A DNA stretch of 64,000 bases from a bacterium (GCA_037439545.1 JBBIVV010000001.1:1-64000); one strand, 5' to 3'. Counted from the stretch's first letter, positions 28,931-39,812 are shown. Numbers and translations: made by a program. The notes: generated by a model not told the origin, from the letters alone.

Positions 28931-31015
28931 GTGTTTAATATTAATATAAAAATAAAAATCACTTTGCTGATAGCGGGTTTGTTATTACTGCTTGAAGCTG
29001 CCCAGATCATAACAGGATGGTATAATCTCCAATCGCAGTTTAATTATATTGTTTCAAAGCAGGCAGATAAAATAGTACGGCAGGAAGCAACGATACTGTC
29101 ATCGCAGATCACGTCCCAGCCGCCTGCAGGAACGGCAGGGACCATGACTCAAACGGCAACGCCGGTTTCTCTGGATAATGTAAATGGCATTATAGAGGGT
29201 ATGTCTTCTGTAGATCTGTTTGCCCCGGATGGCAGTGTCTTGGCCTCGACAAAAGATAGTGCCGACAGGATGCTTCCGGAAGAATTATCGAATTATCTGA
29301 AGTTTCCAAAACCAGGGGTAACTATTATAACCGGCAGGGATTATAAGTATTTTGTAAACCCAGTTCTTGCCTCAAATGGCGATACTCTTGCATATGTCGC
29401 CATTACACTGTCCGACAAGAAAATCGTAACTGCGACATGGGATATATTCAAGGCGAGCGTATGGACAGCCATACTGTCGTACATTATGCTCATAGTCATG
29501 ACATATTTTACTATGGTCATTATTACAAAACCCGTTGCAAAACTGCTGTCACACACGAAACAGGTAGGTAACGGCAATCTGACCCATACGGCACAGGTCT
29601 ACTCAAGCGATGAATTCGGCGTATTGACGCATGCATTCAACGATACGACCATCAAGTTAAAAGATGTGATTATCAATATAAAGGAGGTAACAAAGGAAGT
29701 GGTGGGAATATCCGTTTCACTTGCAGATACATACAACGATCTTGAAAAGGCATCTTCAAGGGAAATATCGGGTCTCAAAACCGCTTTTAGTTCGATAAGC
29801 TCTGCGATAACGGCCATAGATAACATCGCCAATACAATGGAAGTCATTGTTACCCAGTATTCGGATCTTACTTCGGCACTGAACCAGTTTACGAGTTCTA
29901 TCGGCGAGGTCGATAATTCGGCAGAAAGACTGACCGTCTCAATAGGAGACATCTCTATTTCCATAGAAGAGATAGTAAGCTCGATAAAGGAGGTTTCCGG
30001 CAACATCGGCGAACTTTCCAAATATATCGAGGAATCAAATTCGTCCATCCACGAAATCCGTTCCTCGACAAAAGAGATAAGCGAGTATTCCGTGAACAAC
30101 TCAACTATGGCGGAAGCTGTCGTGAATGAATCGATCGACGGTTTAAAATCAGCAGATGCGGCCATAGATGGAATAGGTAAAATCAAGCAGACTACGGACG
30201 GCATCGTTGCTTCCATAAACCTGCTGGTGAAAAGCTCAAACCAGATCGCAGAGGTAGTCGACAGTATAAACCAGATCGCCGATAAAACCAATCTCCTTGC
30301 ACTCAATGCAGCAATCATAGCCAATCAGGCAGGTGAACATGGGAAAGGATTTGCAGTTGTAGCACAGGAGATCAATGAACTGGCTGAAAGGACAAGGATA
30401 TCGACGACAGAAATCGATAGAATCGTCAAGAGTATCAATTCGGAGATGCAGAAGGCAAAACTTGCGGCCGATGCAGGCATTAAAGCCGTTGAAGAGGGCG
30501 TAAGTCTTACGCGGGTAACACACAAGAAACTTTCGATCATTAACGAAAGCACGAAGAATACGCGGAGTGTGACGATGTCGATCGAAAAGATGATCAAAGA
30601 ACAGTCTATCGCTATAACGACCATAGCAGAGGCTCAGGAGATGATATCGAAAGTATCGAAGCAGATATTAACGGCGATGAATGATCAGGTTGGAGGCACA
30701 TCGCAGATCAATCAGACGATAGAAGGCATAAAAGATTTAACAAACAAACTGCATGTGGCGACGTCAGAACAGACAAAGAGTATCCAGCTTATATCCAAAA
30801 ATGCGGACAATACCATGCATTCTATCACGAATGTAAACCAGTCACTCGGTATACAGAAACAGGAAAATAATATGGCAGTTCAGACGATTGACGGCAGTGT
30901 GAAGAATATAGAGGAAAATGTCGGCAGGATCCAGAATACAAGGACACTGTTTTTGAAATTGAAGGAACAGCTTGCATCTCTGAGAGACGGCGTCGAATGG
31001 TTTAAATTGGAATGA
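28931..31015 (+). CDS. Methyl-accepting chemotaxis protein
   Basis: Two TM segments, HAMP (DEFGVL..AFN), signalling hairpin IADKTNLLALNAAI.A..AGEHGKGFAVVA.EI. Confidence 0.92.
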   Translation: MFNINIKIKITLLIAGLLLLLEAAQIITGWYNLQSQFNYIVSKQADKIVRQEATILSSQITSQPPAGTAGTMTQTATPVSLDNVNGIIEGMSSVDLFAPDGSVLASTKDSADRMLPEELSNYLKFPKPGVTIITGRDYKYFVNPVLASNGDTLAYVAITLSDKKIVTATWDIFKASVWTAILSYIMLIVMTYFTMVIITKPVAKLLSHTKQVGNGNLTHTAQVYSSDEFGVLTHAFNDTTIKLKDVIINIKEVTKEVVGISVSLADTYNDLEKASSREISGLKTAFSSISSAITAIDNIANTMEVIVTQYSDLTSALNQFTSSIGEVDNSAERLTVSIGDISISIEEIVSSIKEVSGNIGELSKYIEESNSSIHEIRSSTKEISEYSVNNSTMAEAVVNESIDGLKSADAAIDGIGKIKQTTDGIVASINLLVKSSNQIAEVVDSINQIADKTNLLALNAAIIANQAGEHGKGFAVVAQEINELAERTRISTTEIDRIVKSINSEMQKAKLAADAGIKAVEEGVSLTRVTHKKLSIINESTKNTRSVTMSIEKMIKEQSIAITTIAEAQEMISKVSKQILTAMNDQVGGTSQINQTIEGIKDLTNKLHVATSEQTKSIQLISKNADNTMHSITNVNQSLGIQKQENNMAVQTIDGSVKNIEENVGRIQNTRTLFLKLKEQLASLRDGVEWFKLE

Positions 31016-31079
31016 GGGATGAAAGATCAGTTGACTTGATATAATTAGTGATTTACATCTTATAAAAAAAGGAGGCAAA

Positions 31080-31607
31080 ATGAAAAAAATAACGTTGATT
31101 ATAGGTTCACTCGCTATTCTGGGCTTTACCGTAGCGAGTTGTGCTAAAAACGAAGTAGTAAAACCGGAAGAAAAACCACAGGCACAGCAGCAGGCCCCTC
31201 AGGGTAACGCCGAGCAGCCGGGAGCAGTTGCACAGGCCCAGCAGCCTGCAGAGAAGACAATAGAGGAGATCCAGAAAGAGCTCCAGATTGTCCACTTTGA
31301 TTTCAACAAGTACAACATAAGGCCGGATGCAAAAACAGTTCTCGAGCAGGACTCGAAGGTGCTGAGTGATAACCCGAACATCAAGGTCCAGATAGCGGGC
31401 TACTGCGATGAAAGAGGCTCGGTTGAGTATAACCTTGCACTCGGTGAGAAGAGAGCCCAGTCAGCCAGGAATTATCTTGAAACGCTCGGCATAGCACCGG
31501 GCAGGTTGTCCACCATAAGTTATGGCAAGTCTGATCCCATTGATCCGGCCCACGATGAAAAGGCATGGTCAATGAACAGACGTGATGAGTTCCACGTCGT
31601 AAAATAA
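31080..31607 (+). CDS. pal: Peptidoglycan-associated lipoprotein
   Basis: Lipobox VASC; HFDFNK, GYCDERGSVEYNLALGEKRA, ISYGK, NRR. Confidence 0.9.
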   Translation: MKKITLIIGSLAILGFTVASCAKNEVVKPEEKPQAQQQAPQGNAEQPGAVAQAQQPAEKTIEEIQKELQIVHFDFNKYNIRPDAKTVLEQDSKVLSDNPNIKVQIAGYCDERGSVEYNLALGEKRAQSARNYLETLGIAPGRLSTISYGKSDPIDPAHDEKAWSMNRRDEFHVVK

Positions 31608-31631
31608 ATTATCACTACTTACTTTGAATGC

Positions 31632-31664
31632 ATATCCCTCCGCCGTTGGCGGGGGGATATTTTT
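31632..31664 (+). terminator. Rho-independent terminator after pal
   Basis: atatccctccgcc-gtt-ggcggggggatat stem followed by tttt. Confidence 0.7.
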
Positions 31665-31684
31665 AGAATTAATAACAGGAAAAC

Positions 31685-32416
31685 ATGATGAATACCTTAA
31701 CCATTTTATGGTTGTCTTTCTTGGGCCAGAACGGCAGCGGATCCATAGGTTCGATGATACTTGCCGCAGGGCCTGTCGCTAAAGCCGTGTTAGTCATTCT
31801 GCTCGTAATGTCCATCATAAGTTGGGCAATCATTGTTTTTAAATATATTTCATACAGGAAAATTGAAAAATCAGCGGATAAATTCATGGATGCATTTGCG
31901 GGCGTCAAAACATTGAACGATGCTTACGATGAAACAAGGAGCGTTCCTGCTTCATACCTTAAATCCATATTCGATGTCGGTTATAAGACAGCGATGAGAA
32001 GAAAAACAGCAGGTCCTGAACAGGATGACAATATGCATGTGAGCCTTGACATCATAGAAAGGGCCATGAGAAAGGTAACACTTGTAGAGGTAAACAGGCT
32101 TGAGGACCTTCTGTCCTTCCTTGCTTCTACGGGGAGTGCTTCTCCCTTTATAGGGCTTTTTGGTACCGTATGGGGAATAATGTCGGCATTCAGAAACATC
32201 GGCATAACTGAGTCTGCCAGCCTTGCGGTCGTTGCTCCGGGAATATCGGAAGCCCTTATTACGACTGCAATGGGGCTTTTTGCTGCCATACCGGCGGTGC
32301 TTGCATACAATTATTTTGAACGGAGAATAAAGGTGTTTATGGATGACATGGATGCTTTTATTATAGAGATGTTAAATAAGTTTGAGAGGCATATAAAATC
32401 TGATGGCGTTCAGTAA
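31685..32416 (+). CDS. tolQ: TolQ
   Basis: SPFIGLFGTVWGIM..F, VAPGISEALITTAMGLFAAIPA. Confidence 0.92.
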   Translation: MMNTLTILWLSFLGQNGSGSIGSMILAAGPVAKAVLVILLVMSIISWAIIVFKYISYRKIEKSADKFMDAFAGVKTLNDAYDETRSVPASYLKSIFDVGYKTAMRRKTAGPEQDDNMHVSLDIIERAMRKVTLVEVNRLEDLLSFLASTGSASPFIGLFGTVWGIMSAFRNIGITESASLAVVAPGISEALITTAMGLFAAIPAVLAYNYFERRIKVFMDDMDAFIIEMLNKFERHIKSDGVQ

Positions 32417-32813
32417 CAACAATAAAAGATCATTTTCAGAAATAAATGTTACCCCGCTTGTTGATGTTATGCTCGTTCTCTTGATCATATTCATGGTCAC
32501 TGCCCCCATGATGCAGCAGGGCATAAAGGTCGATCTTCCTCAGGCAAGAGCCCAAAGTTTCAAGGCCCAGGAAGAAAAACTTATGATAACCGTTACCAGG
32601 GATGAAAAGATATTCGTAAACAAGAATCCCTACACACTGGATGAACTGGGTAAGACTTTAAAGGCAATCCAGGCATACAGAAAAGATAAACAGGTATTTC
32701 TCAAAGCAGATAAAGATGTTCCTTATGGATTTGTTGTAAGGGTTATGTCGGAGATTAAGACTGCGGGCATTCAAGAACTTGGGATGGTGACAGAACCTTT
32801 GCATGAAAAATGA
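32403..32813 (+). CDS. tolR: TolR
   Basis: SEINVTPLVDVMLVLLIIFMVTAP, LKADKDVPYG. Confidence 0.92.
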   Translation: MAFSNNNKRSFSEINVTPLVDVMLVLLIIFMVTAPMMQQGIKVDLPQARAQSFKAQEEKLMITVTRDEKIFVNKNPYTLDELGKTLKAIQAYRKDKQVFLKADKDVPYGFVVRVMSEIKTAGIQELGMVTEPLHEK

Positions 32814-33562
32814 AAAGCGATTCGGGCAATTATGTCAGGTCATTACGCGGTACTTTTTACAAAACGATTGCTATATCCGCGTGTGCACATGTCCTGATTT
32901 TAGTTACGATTCTATACGGTAAACTTTTACCATCAGGGACAAGAGAGTACAACCCCGTATATACGGTCAAGCTTGTTTCAACAATGCAACAGGCTCAGGC
33001 AGAGGGAACGAGTATCCCGGCAGGAAGTACACGGCAGGCTGTAAATGCGACGCCTCAAATTCCTGCTCAACGGATGATACTTCCCATCGGAAAAAAAGCA
33101 CCGGGTAGAAAAGAGCTGCTTTCCGCCATAAGGCATATAAGCAGCGAGGTAAAAAGAAAGGAACTGCTGAAGGCAATTAACGAGAATGCAAGGGGGCAGG
33201 GCAGTACAATCCCCGGAAATAATACATCAGCATCGGCATCATCAGGTTCAGGTGCTCCCACAGGTTCGGCCGCGGAACAGTATTATGCCGTTATATGGCA
33301 TAAGATTCAGAGTGCGTGGCTTATACCTTCAAACATGGCGGATGCAAGCTACGGCTATGAAACAGTGGTGTCCATTACTATCAATAAAGACGGGACGGTA
33401 ACCGGTATCAGCGTGGAAAAGGGTTCAGGTAATGAATATTTTGATCAGACGGCAATCCGTGCTATAAAAAAGGCATCTCCTTTACCGCCATTTCCACCGA
33501 GCTGGCTGCAAAAGAGTATAGACATAGGTATAAAATTCAGTTGCAAGGAAGGATGTAAATGA
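32810..33562 (+). CDS. tolA: TolA / TonB C-terminal domain protein
   Basis: TM helix with SxxxH (SACAH); C-terminal KIQSAW..SGNEYFDQTAIRAIKKASPLP; lies between tolR and tolB. Confidence 0.8.
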   Translation: MKSDSGNYVRSLRGTFYKTIAISACAHVLILVTILYGKLLPSGTREYNPVYTVKLVSTMQQAQAEGTSIPAGSTRQAVNATPQIPAQRMILPIGKKAPGRKELLSAIRHISSEVKRKELLKAINENARGQGSTIPGNNTSASASSGSGAPTGSAAEQYYAVIWHKIQSAWLIPSNMADASYGYETVVSITINKDGTVTGISVEKGSGNEYFDQTAIRAIKKASPLPPFPPSWLQKSIDIGIKFSCKEGCK

Positions 33563-34941
33563 AGAAGAGAAACAGGGTTGGCAGTGTGCTCCCGGCCCAT
33601 TGCTTCGCACATTGGTATCGCGGCAGTGCGAGGCTCATAGTCATTACTGCCGTTCTCATTTCACTGGCGGCTCCGCTTGCAGCTCATGCCAAGATGTACA
33701 TAGATATAAATGCCCCGAGCATCAAAAGGCTGCCTGTCGCTGTTACCATGCCTCTTGCAGGGCCGGGGTCAAATCTTAAAGACGTGACATCACTTTACAA
33801 TATTATAAACTCTGCACTTGATGCATCCGGTTATTTTGCAGTCATAAATCCTTCTGCATTCATAGAGAAGAACGGCGGGATGTTACTCGGGCAGTTTAAT
33901 CTAAAAGACTGGACAGACATTGGCGCCGAAGGCCTTCTGAGGATGAGCTATGGCGTTCAGGGTAATATTATTATAATAAAGGCATACACCTATGATGTCG
34001 TGCAGGGTAAGGTTTTATTATCGAAGCAGTACAGTGGCAGCAAGCCTGATGTAAGGTACATAGCAAACAGTATCGTGAATGATGTTATCTATGCTTTTAC
34101 GGGGCATTCCGGGCTTGCAGGCTCCAAGTTAGCGTTTGTTTCAAAGAGAACGGGGACTGAAGAGATAGACGCTATGGACCTTGACGGCAGCAACATAGTA
34201 CAGTTGACCTACAATAAAACCATAAATCTGACACCCGTGTGGTCGCCTGACGGGACAAAACTCCTTTTTACATCTTATATGCACAGAAATCCCGATCTTT
34301 ATATGTTTAATCTTCAGAATGGCCGGATCACGACCATAGCCAATAAAAAGGGATTGAACATAAGTCCAAGTTTTTCTCCTGATGGCAGTGAAATAGCAGT
34401 TTCCCTGAGTTTCAAAGGCAGCCCGGAGATATACCTTATGAATCTTTACGGAAAGATTCTGAAACAGCTTACCAATACATCGGGTATAAATGTATCGCCA
34501 AGCTTTTCACCGGACGGCAAAAAGGTAACCTTTGTTTCAAACAGGGCGGGTGGTCCGCAAATCTACACGATGAATACGGACGGATCCGATGTGCAGCGGA
34601 TTACCTTTAAAGGGAGTTATAACGCTTCGTGCAATTGGTCGCCCGCGGGTGACCGTATCGTATTTTCAGGGCTTTCGGAAGACGGTACGTTTGATATATA
34701 TACCGTAGCTCCGGATGGCTCTCATCTCGTAAGATTGACACAGAACCAGGGTGACAATACAAGTCCGAAATGGTCGCCTGACGGATACTATATAATATTT
34801 GTATCGACGAGGGACGGTCATCAGCAGTTGTATGTTATGAATTCGAACGGCAGTAACCAGCACAGGATTATTTCTACGGACTATGATATGAGTTCACCTG
34901 GCTGGTCAAACAGGATAAACTTTAAAATAACTGTTCAATGA
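33559..34941 (+). CDS. tolB: TolB beta-propeller protein
   Basis: TolB_N domain plus repeated P.WSPDG/P.FSPDG (PD40) motifs. Confidence 0.92.
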   Translation: MKKRNRVGSVLPAHCFAHWYRGSARLIVITAVLISLAAPLAAHAKMYIDINAPSIKRLPVAVTMPLAGPGSNLKDVTSLYNIINSALDASGYFAVINPSAFIEKNGGMLLGQFNLKDWTDIGAEGLLRMSYGVQGNIIIIKAYTYDVVQGKVLLSKQYSGSKPDVRYIANSIVNDVIYAFTGHSGLAGSKLAFVSKRTGTEEIDAMDLDGSNIVQLTYNKTINLTPVWSPDGTKLLFTSYMHRNPDLYMFNLQNGRITTIANKKGLNISPSFSPDGSEIAVSLSFKGSPEIYLMNLYGKILKQLTNTSGINVSPSFSPDGKKVTFVSNRAGGPQIYTMNTDGSDVQRITFKGSYNASCNWSPAGDRIVFSGLSEDGTFDIYTVAPDGSHLVRLTQNQGDNTSPKWSPDGYYIIFVSTRDGHQQLYVMNSNGSNQHRIISTDYDMSSPGWSNRINFKITVQ

Positions 34942-34949
34942 GGTGATGT

Positions 34950-35690
34950 ATGAAGAAATTTATTATTACGGTCCTTTCCATTGTAATGATTGCCGGTTGT
35001 CCGAAGCCTCCCATTAAGGATATAGCGGATGCCAAGGCAGCCCTTGAATCCGCCAAACTTGCAGGCGCTCAGACTTATGCGCCAAAAGAATATTCATCGG
35101 CAGAAGGTTATGTGCAGAAGGCTCAGGTTGATTCTGATAACAGGCAGTATGATGAAGCCAGAATAAACGCGCTGACAGGCAAAAAACTTGCCGATGATGC
35201 AAAACAGACAGCCCTGGAGAACAAAGGCAAGGGAAGCGGGACCGGCGAAGGCACGGGTCCTGAGCAGATGAACGGAACACCGGGCATGTCAAGTATCGGA
35301 GTAACCGAAACATCGATCGTGGGCAAAGGTTCGCTGGGAGAGGGTGTCGTAATAAAACAACTGAAGATGATACATTTCGGATTTGATGACTATTCTCTCT
35401 CGAACGAGGCACAGGCTGCCCTGATGGATAATGCGCAGTGGCTCAAATCGAACCCTGCCGTCAAGGTGCAGATTGAGGGACATTGTGATGAGAGGGGCTC
35501 GGAGGAGTATAATCTTGCACTGGGAGAGAAAAGGGCTGTTTCAGGGCGGGATTATCTGATACAGCTTGGTTTGCAGGCTGACAGGATGTCTGTTATAAGT
35601 TACGGCAAGGAAAGACCGGTTAATCCAGGACACGATGAAAAGGCATGGGCGGAGAACAGGAGAGACGAATTTGTTGTCATTACGAGGTAG
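34950..35690 (+). CDS. pal: Second Pal-like lipoprotein with N-terminal DUF4398-like helical domain
   Basis: Lipobox IAGC; A..AGA..YAP.EY..A helical domain; GHCDERGSEEYNLALGEKRA. Confidence 0.8.
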   Translation: MKKFIITVLSIVMIAGCPKPPIKDIADAKAALESAKLAGAQTYAPKEYSSAEGYVQKAQVDSDNRQYDEARINALTGKKLADDAKQTALENKGKGSGTGEGTGPEQMNGTPGMSSIGVTETSIVGKGSLGEGVVIKQLKMIHFGFDDYSLSNEAQAALMDNAQWLKSNPAVKVQIEGHCDERGSEEYNLALGEKRAVSGRDYLIQLGLQADRMSVISYGKERPVNPGHDEKAWAENRRDEFVVITR

Positions 35691-35693
35691 GGT

Positions 35694-36509
35694 ATGAAAA
35701 GACTGTTGCTTATCATGAGCGCACTGATAGTTGTTACCGGTGCTGCGGGATGTATAAAGACAAACGAGGATATAAGGCTTGACAAGGAGTTGAGCGATCT
35801 CCAGACACAGGTAGACCTGAACAACCAGCAGACGAACACAAAGATAGACACTGAAATATCAAGTATCAGGAAGAATCAGGTCGATATGCTCTCCAAAATT
35901 GACGGCTCGCATGATGATATAAAAGATTTGAGAAACAGACTCGATATACTGCAGCATAGTTTGAACAACATGAAGCTGGATCTCGATCTCTTTACGACCA
36001 CGGGCGGGACATTAAATACAAGCATCGAACAGCGGATTTCAGCACTCGAAGTGTCTATGACTGCCGTCGAAGCGTGGATGAGTTTCTCCAATGCTTACAG
36101 TAAAAAGGCTGCAACCACGCATACCGAGAGTGTTTCAAAGCAGGCAAGTCTTTCAATGGATGATGCCGTAAAGTTTTTCAAGGACAATAAGTTCGATCAG
36201 GCAAAACCCGTTTTCGAAAAATTCTCGAAAAGCAGCAATGAAAAGCAAAAGGCAAGAGCACTTTTTTATCTCGGTGAGATAGCTTACAAAGAAAAGGACT
36301 ATAAAACGGCCATAGTGAATTATGGTACCATCGTAGAAAAACACCCTGAAAGTCATCTCATCACCAGTGCATATTTCATGATCGGCAGGAGTTTTGTCCA
36401 TCTCGGGGATAACAAAAAAGCAAAATTGTTCTTTGAGGAGCTTATTTCAAGATATCCCGATGACAAGCGTGCGAAGGACGCAAAGAAGGAAATAAAAAAA
36501 CTTAAATGA
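35694..36509 (+). CDS. cpoB: CpoB/YbgF-like coiled-coil plus TPR lipoprotein
   Basis: Lipobox AAGC, coiled coil, TPR ALFYLGE..Y..KDY..AI..Y; last gene of the tol-pal cluster. Confidence 0.75.
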   Translation: MKRLLLIMSALIVVTGAAGCIKTNEDIRLDKELSDLQTQVDLNNQQTNTKIDTEISSIRKNQVDMLSKIDGSHDDIKDLRNRLDILQHSLNNMKLDLDLFTTTGGTLNTSIEQRISALEVSMTAVEAWMSFSNAYSKKAATTHTESVSKQASLSMDDAVKFFKDNKFDQAKPVFEKFSKSSNEKQKARALFYLGEIAYKEKDYKTAIVNYGTIVEKHPESHLITSAYFMIGRSFVHLGDNKKAKLFFEELISRYPDDKRAKDAKKEIKKLK

Positions 36510-37531
36510 TCCTGCTCGGTATTGAAAGCTCCTGCGACGAAACGGGTGTCGCAGTTGTTAAAGACGGAAAGGTGCTCGTCGATCTTGTTTCAAGTCAGAT
36601 AGATATCCACAAAAATTACGGCGGTGTTGTGCCGGAATTTGCATCGAGGATTCAGCTTGAAGTCATCGGTTCGCTGACACAGAAGGCATGTGAAGATGCC
36701 GGCATATCATTGTCCGCTGTCGATGGTATTGCCGTAACATCCGGTCCCGGGCTCATCGGCTCCGTCCTCGTGGGCGTTAATTTTGCAAAAGGGCTTGCAT
36801 ACGCCCTGGATAAACCGTTGATAGGCGTGGATCATGTCCAGGCACATTTATTCTCGCCGATGATAGAATATGAACAGCTTTCATTCCCCTACATAGGGCT
36901 TGTCGTTTCAGGCGGTCACACCGAGCTTTATACGGTTAAATCCATGACCGATATAAGCCTGAACGGGAAGACCGTTGATGATGCGGCAGGGGAGGCGTAT
37001 GACAAGATAGCCGGCGCACTCGGGCTCGGATACCCAGGCGGGCCGGTCATCGACAGAATCGCAAAGCAGTGGACGGGTAGCCGGAAGGTGAAATTCCCCA
37101 TGGCCATGATGAAAACAGGTAATTATAATTTTTCTTTCAGCGGGCTCAAAACAGCAGTAATGAGATACATCGGGGCGCAGAGCACCGATATGGATCAGGC
37201 CGCGCTCTCGTCCATAGTTTCCGGGTTCCAGGATGCGGCAGCCGGTGTGCTGGTGAAAAAGACCATCGCCCTTGCACGGTATCAGCGTATGAAAAGGATA
37301 GCCGTGTCAGGCGGTGTTGCTGCAAATTCCCAGCTCAGGGAGATGTTCATGGCATATAGAAAAGAATTTGAAATATATGTGCCATCCTTGAAGCTGTGTA
37401 CAGATAATGGTTCCATGATAGGTTTTCTCGGTTACCAGCTTTTGAAGCTCGGTATCAAAAGCAGTATTGACATAGACGCATATGCAAATAACACACACAT
37501 TCCTCAAAGAACACGGACTTCTGCCCCATAA
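36506..37531 (+). CDS. tsaD: tRNA N6-adenosine threonylcarbamoyltransferase
   Basis: LGIESSCDET, YGGVVPE, HVQAH, VSGGHT, DDAAGEAYDK, FSFSGLKT, CTDNG. Confidence 0.96.
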   Translation: MILLGIESSCDETGVAVVKDGKVLVDLVSSQIDIHKNYGGVVPEFASRIQLEVIGSLTQKACEDAGISLSAVDGIAVTSGPGLIGSVLVGVNFAKGLAYALDKPLIGVDHVQAHLFSPMIEYEQLSFPYIGLVVSGGHTELYTVKSMTDISLNGKTVDDAAGEAYDKIAGALGLGYPGGPVIDRIAKQWTGSRKVKFPMAMMKTGNYNFSFSGLKTAVMRYIGAQSTDMDQAALSSIVSGFQDAAAGVLVKKTIALARYQRMKRIAVSGGVAANSQLREMFMAYRKEFEIYVPSLKLCTDNGSMIGFLGYQLLKLGIKSSIDIDAYANNTHIPQRTRTSAP

Positions 37532-38327
37532 ATCATTAGCGCAGTATCTGCTTGCCGATGAGTCTGTGATTGATGATATCATAAGAGCATTAGATATCCG
37601 GCGGGATGATCGTATACTTGAAATAGGTGCCGGGTGCGGTGCTTTAACGGAACATATACTGGGAAAGATTGATCAGACAGGCGGAGAACAAACATCCCTG
37701 ATATCGGTTGAGATAGAAGACAGGTACGTAAATTACCTGAAAAGCCGTTTCAGGAATAACGGCAGGTTTAAAGTCATGAGGCAGGATATACTGAAACTGG
37801 ATATAAGCCGGCTGTTTCACGGGTCATTGAAGGTTGCAGGCAATGTACCCTATTATATATCAAGCCCTATCCTGCGTTTATTATTCCATAACCACGCATT
37901 GATAGGAGATATTGTAATTATGCTGCAGAAAGAGGTCGGCATGAGAGTCGTATCACAGCCGTCAGAGGAATATTTCGGGCTATTATCCGTGATGCGTATG
38001 CTCCATTATGATGCATCCGTGGTGAGGCATGTCGATAAAAATTTATTTGTGCCCGTGCCGAAGGTTGATTCGGTTGTCATAAAGATGCATGTCCATGAGC
38101 CAATCATGAGTGCCGAAGATGAACATGCCTTACTCGGCCTCCTGAAGCATGCATTGAACGCAAGAAGGAAGATGATTAAAAATACGTTAAAAGCCGTCGG
38201 TACGTCATCAGAGATAGAAAAATGGTGCAGGGAGGCTGATATAAGTATGAATGACAGGGCAGAGAATATCGATTTGAACAGATGGATCAGGTTCCTCACT
38301 ATCTATAAAAAGGACAGAGGCTTATAA
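37482..38327 (+). CDS. rsmA: 16S rRNA m6,2A1518/1519 dimethyltransferase
   Basis: KSLAQYLL, LEIGAGCGALT, GNVPYYISSPIL, MLQKEV, F.P.PKVDS. Confidence 0.92.
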   Translation: MQITHTFLKEHGLLPHKSLAQYLLADESVIDDIIRALDIRRDDRILEIGAGCGALTEHILGKIDQTGGEQTSLISVEIEDRYVNYLKSRFRNNGRFKVMRQDILKLDISRLFHGSLKVAGNVPYYISSPILRLLFHNHALIGDIVIMLQKEVGMRVVSQPSEEYFGLLSVMRMLHYDASVVRHVDKNLFVPVPKVDSVVIKMHVHEPIMSAEDEHALLGLLKHALNARRKMIKNTLKAVGTSSEIEKWCREADISMNDRAENIDLNRWIRFLTIYKKDRGL

Positions 38328-38378
38328 TCTATTCAGTCCCGAACAATCCTGAGATTGTTATGACCGGTCTATGCCCGT

Positions 38379-39149
38379 TTATATCTTCGCAAGGATCTTG
38401 TAATAGAATAACCCTACGTATTCGTGCATTCCCCTATAGGTGTTGGATAATGCCTCCAAGTCCGGCATATAGTCCATAAAATCATAGTGTCTTCTGTTAA
38501 TTTTATAATCAGCAGGTGCAGGTATTATGTTGGTCAGACCAGCATTCCTGAATGCATAGACAGCTCTTCTTAAGTGATATGCAGACGTAATAAGGATGAT
38601 CCTCTTACACATGAGCTTTTCGCACAAGCTTTTGACTTCTATGGCGTTTTCATAGGTATTCCTGCTCGTTGAATCCATAAAGATATCCTTTTCCGGCACA
38701 CCCATCTGGACAAGATATCGCCGCATGACAGGTGCTTCAGGCTTCTGGTATTTAAACCCCTTGCCGCTGCTTACGATTAAAGGTAAGGGTTGGATCCTGT
38801 ACAGCCGGAAAGCATATACAAGTCTTTCCAGAGAGTCACCCGTCGGTGTTCCATTGCCTTCAAGATCCGGTGAATTATCGTGTATACCGCCGCCGAGTAC
38901 GACATAAACATCGTGTGCAGATATGTCCTTGACATTCAATTGAGAATAAGTGTTTTCAAGAGGCAGCATGAGTTTATCTGCCAGCGGCCCCAGACATGCC
39001 GTGTAGATGGAAACTGAGAATATCAACATCATGATACCTATGCCCGTTTTCTTTTGTTTTATGAGCATTATTGCCCATAAGAAAGACATGGTGATGGCCA
39101 GCCCTGGTGGTAGAATCCACGCAGTGAAAAGTTTTGATATTATATACAT
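38379..39149 (-). CDS. YdcF/ElyC (DUF218) family protein
   Basis: VVLGGG, SRNTYENA, LITSAYHLRRA, HEYVG; start at 39149 after ggagg. Confidence 0.88.
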   Translation of the reverse strand: MYIISKLFTAWILPPGLAITMSFLWAIMLIKQKKTGIGIMMLIFSVSIYTACLGPLADKLMLPLENTYSQLNVKDISAHDVYVVLGGGIHDNSPDLEGNGTPTGDSLERLVYAFRLYRIQPLPLIVSSGKGFKYQKPEAPVMRRYLVQMGVPEKDIFMDSTSRNTYENAIEVKSLCEKLMCKRIILITSAYHLRRAVYAFRNAGLTNIIPAPADYKINRRHYDFMDYMPDLEALSNTYRGMHEYVGLFYYKILAKI

Positions 39150-39257
39150 GTATCCTCCATTGAGATCCGTTATAAAGCTCCCGTGCAGCTCTCCCTGCAT
39201 TTTTCTCTATCAATATATTTAAGGACTTGCAACAAATTAAAGGGGGGGATTCGTTTC

Positions 39258-39812
39258 TCAGATGGTAATATTGAGGTCCAGAGAATTTGATTCTATGCCG
39301 TTCATTTTGACAGAGATTTTGTACTCACCCTGACTCAGTTGCTTCGGAAGGGTCAGTATGACCATGTTTTTCGATTCCACGTCCTTTGCATATTTCCTGT
39401 CAAACAAGGTCACAGCTGTGTTTTTATCAGCCGCACGCGCAAGAGTAATATTGATCTCTGCATTGGATGACGAAGGCACAGAAAGATTGAACCCGATTTT
39501 GTCGCCCGGGTGAACAGGTAATGAGTCTATCCTTATTTCATGATATCGTCTCATTTCGTGATACTTCTTTCCTTTCCCGTGTCCTCCAAAGTATATCGAG
39601 CCTGTAGTAAAATCTATAACCAGTGCTGCTACACCCGGCACGATACCAACCAAAAGCCATAGACAATCCATGACAAGTACTGCCCCGTCAATATCACCCG
39701 GCATGTTGTCCCTTCTTTCGGGGTAAAGTAAGAAACCGCAATTCACCGTCGTGAATGTCATAAACAATAAAACTACTACAGCTAAAACACGGGATCTAAT
39801 AAATATTTTCAC
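39258..39812 (-). CDS. Hypothetical membrane/lipoprotein
   Basis: GTG start with RBS aggagg; CGFLLYPERR...VMDCLWLLVGIVPGVAALVIDFTTGSIY N-terminal motif. Confidence 0.7.
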   Translation of the reverse strand: MKIFIRSRVLAVVVLLFMTFTTVNCGFLLYPERRDNMPGDIDGAVLVMDCLWLLVGIVPGVAALVIDFTTGSIYFGGHGKGKKYHEMRRYHEIRIDSLPVHPGDKIGFNLSVPSSSNAEINITLARAADKNTAVTLFDRKYAKDVESKNMVILTLPKQLSQGEYKISVKMNGIESNSLDLNITI

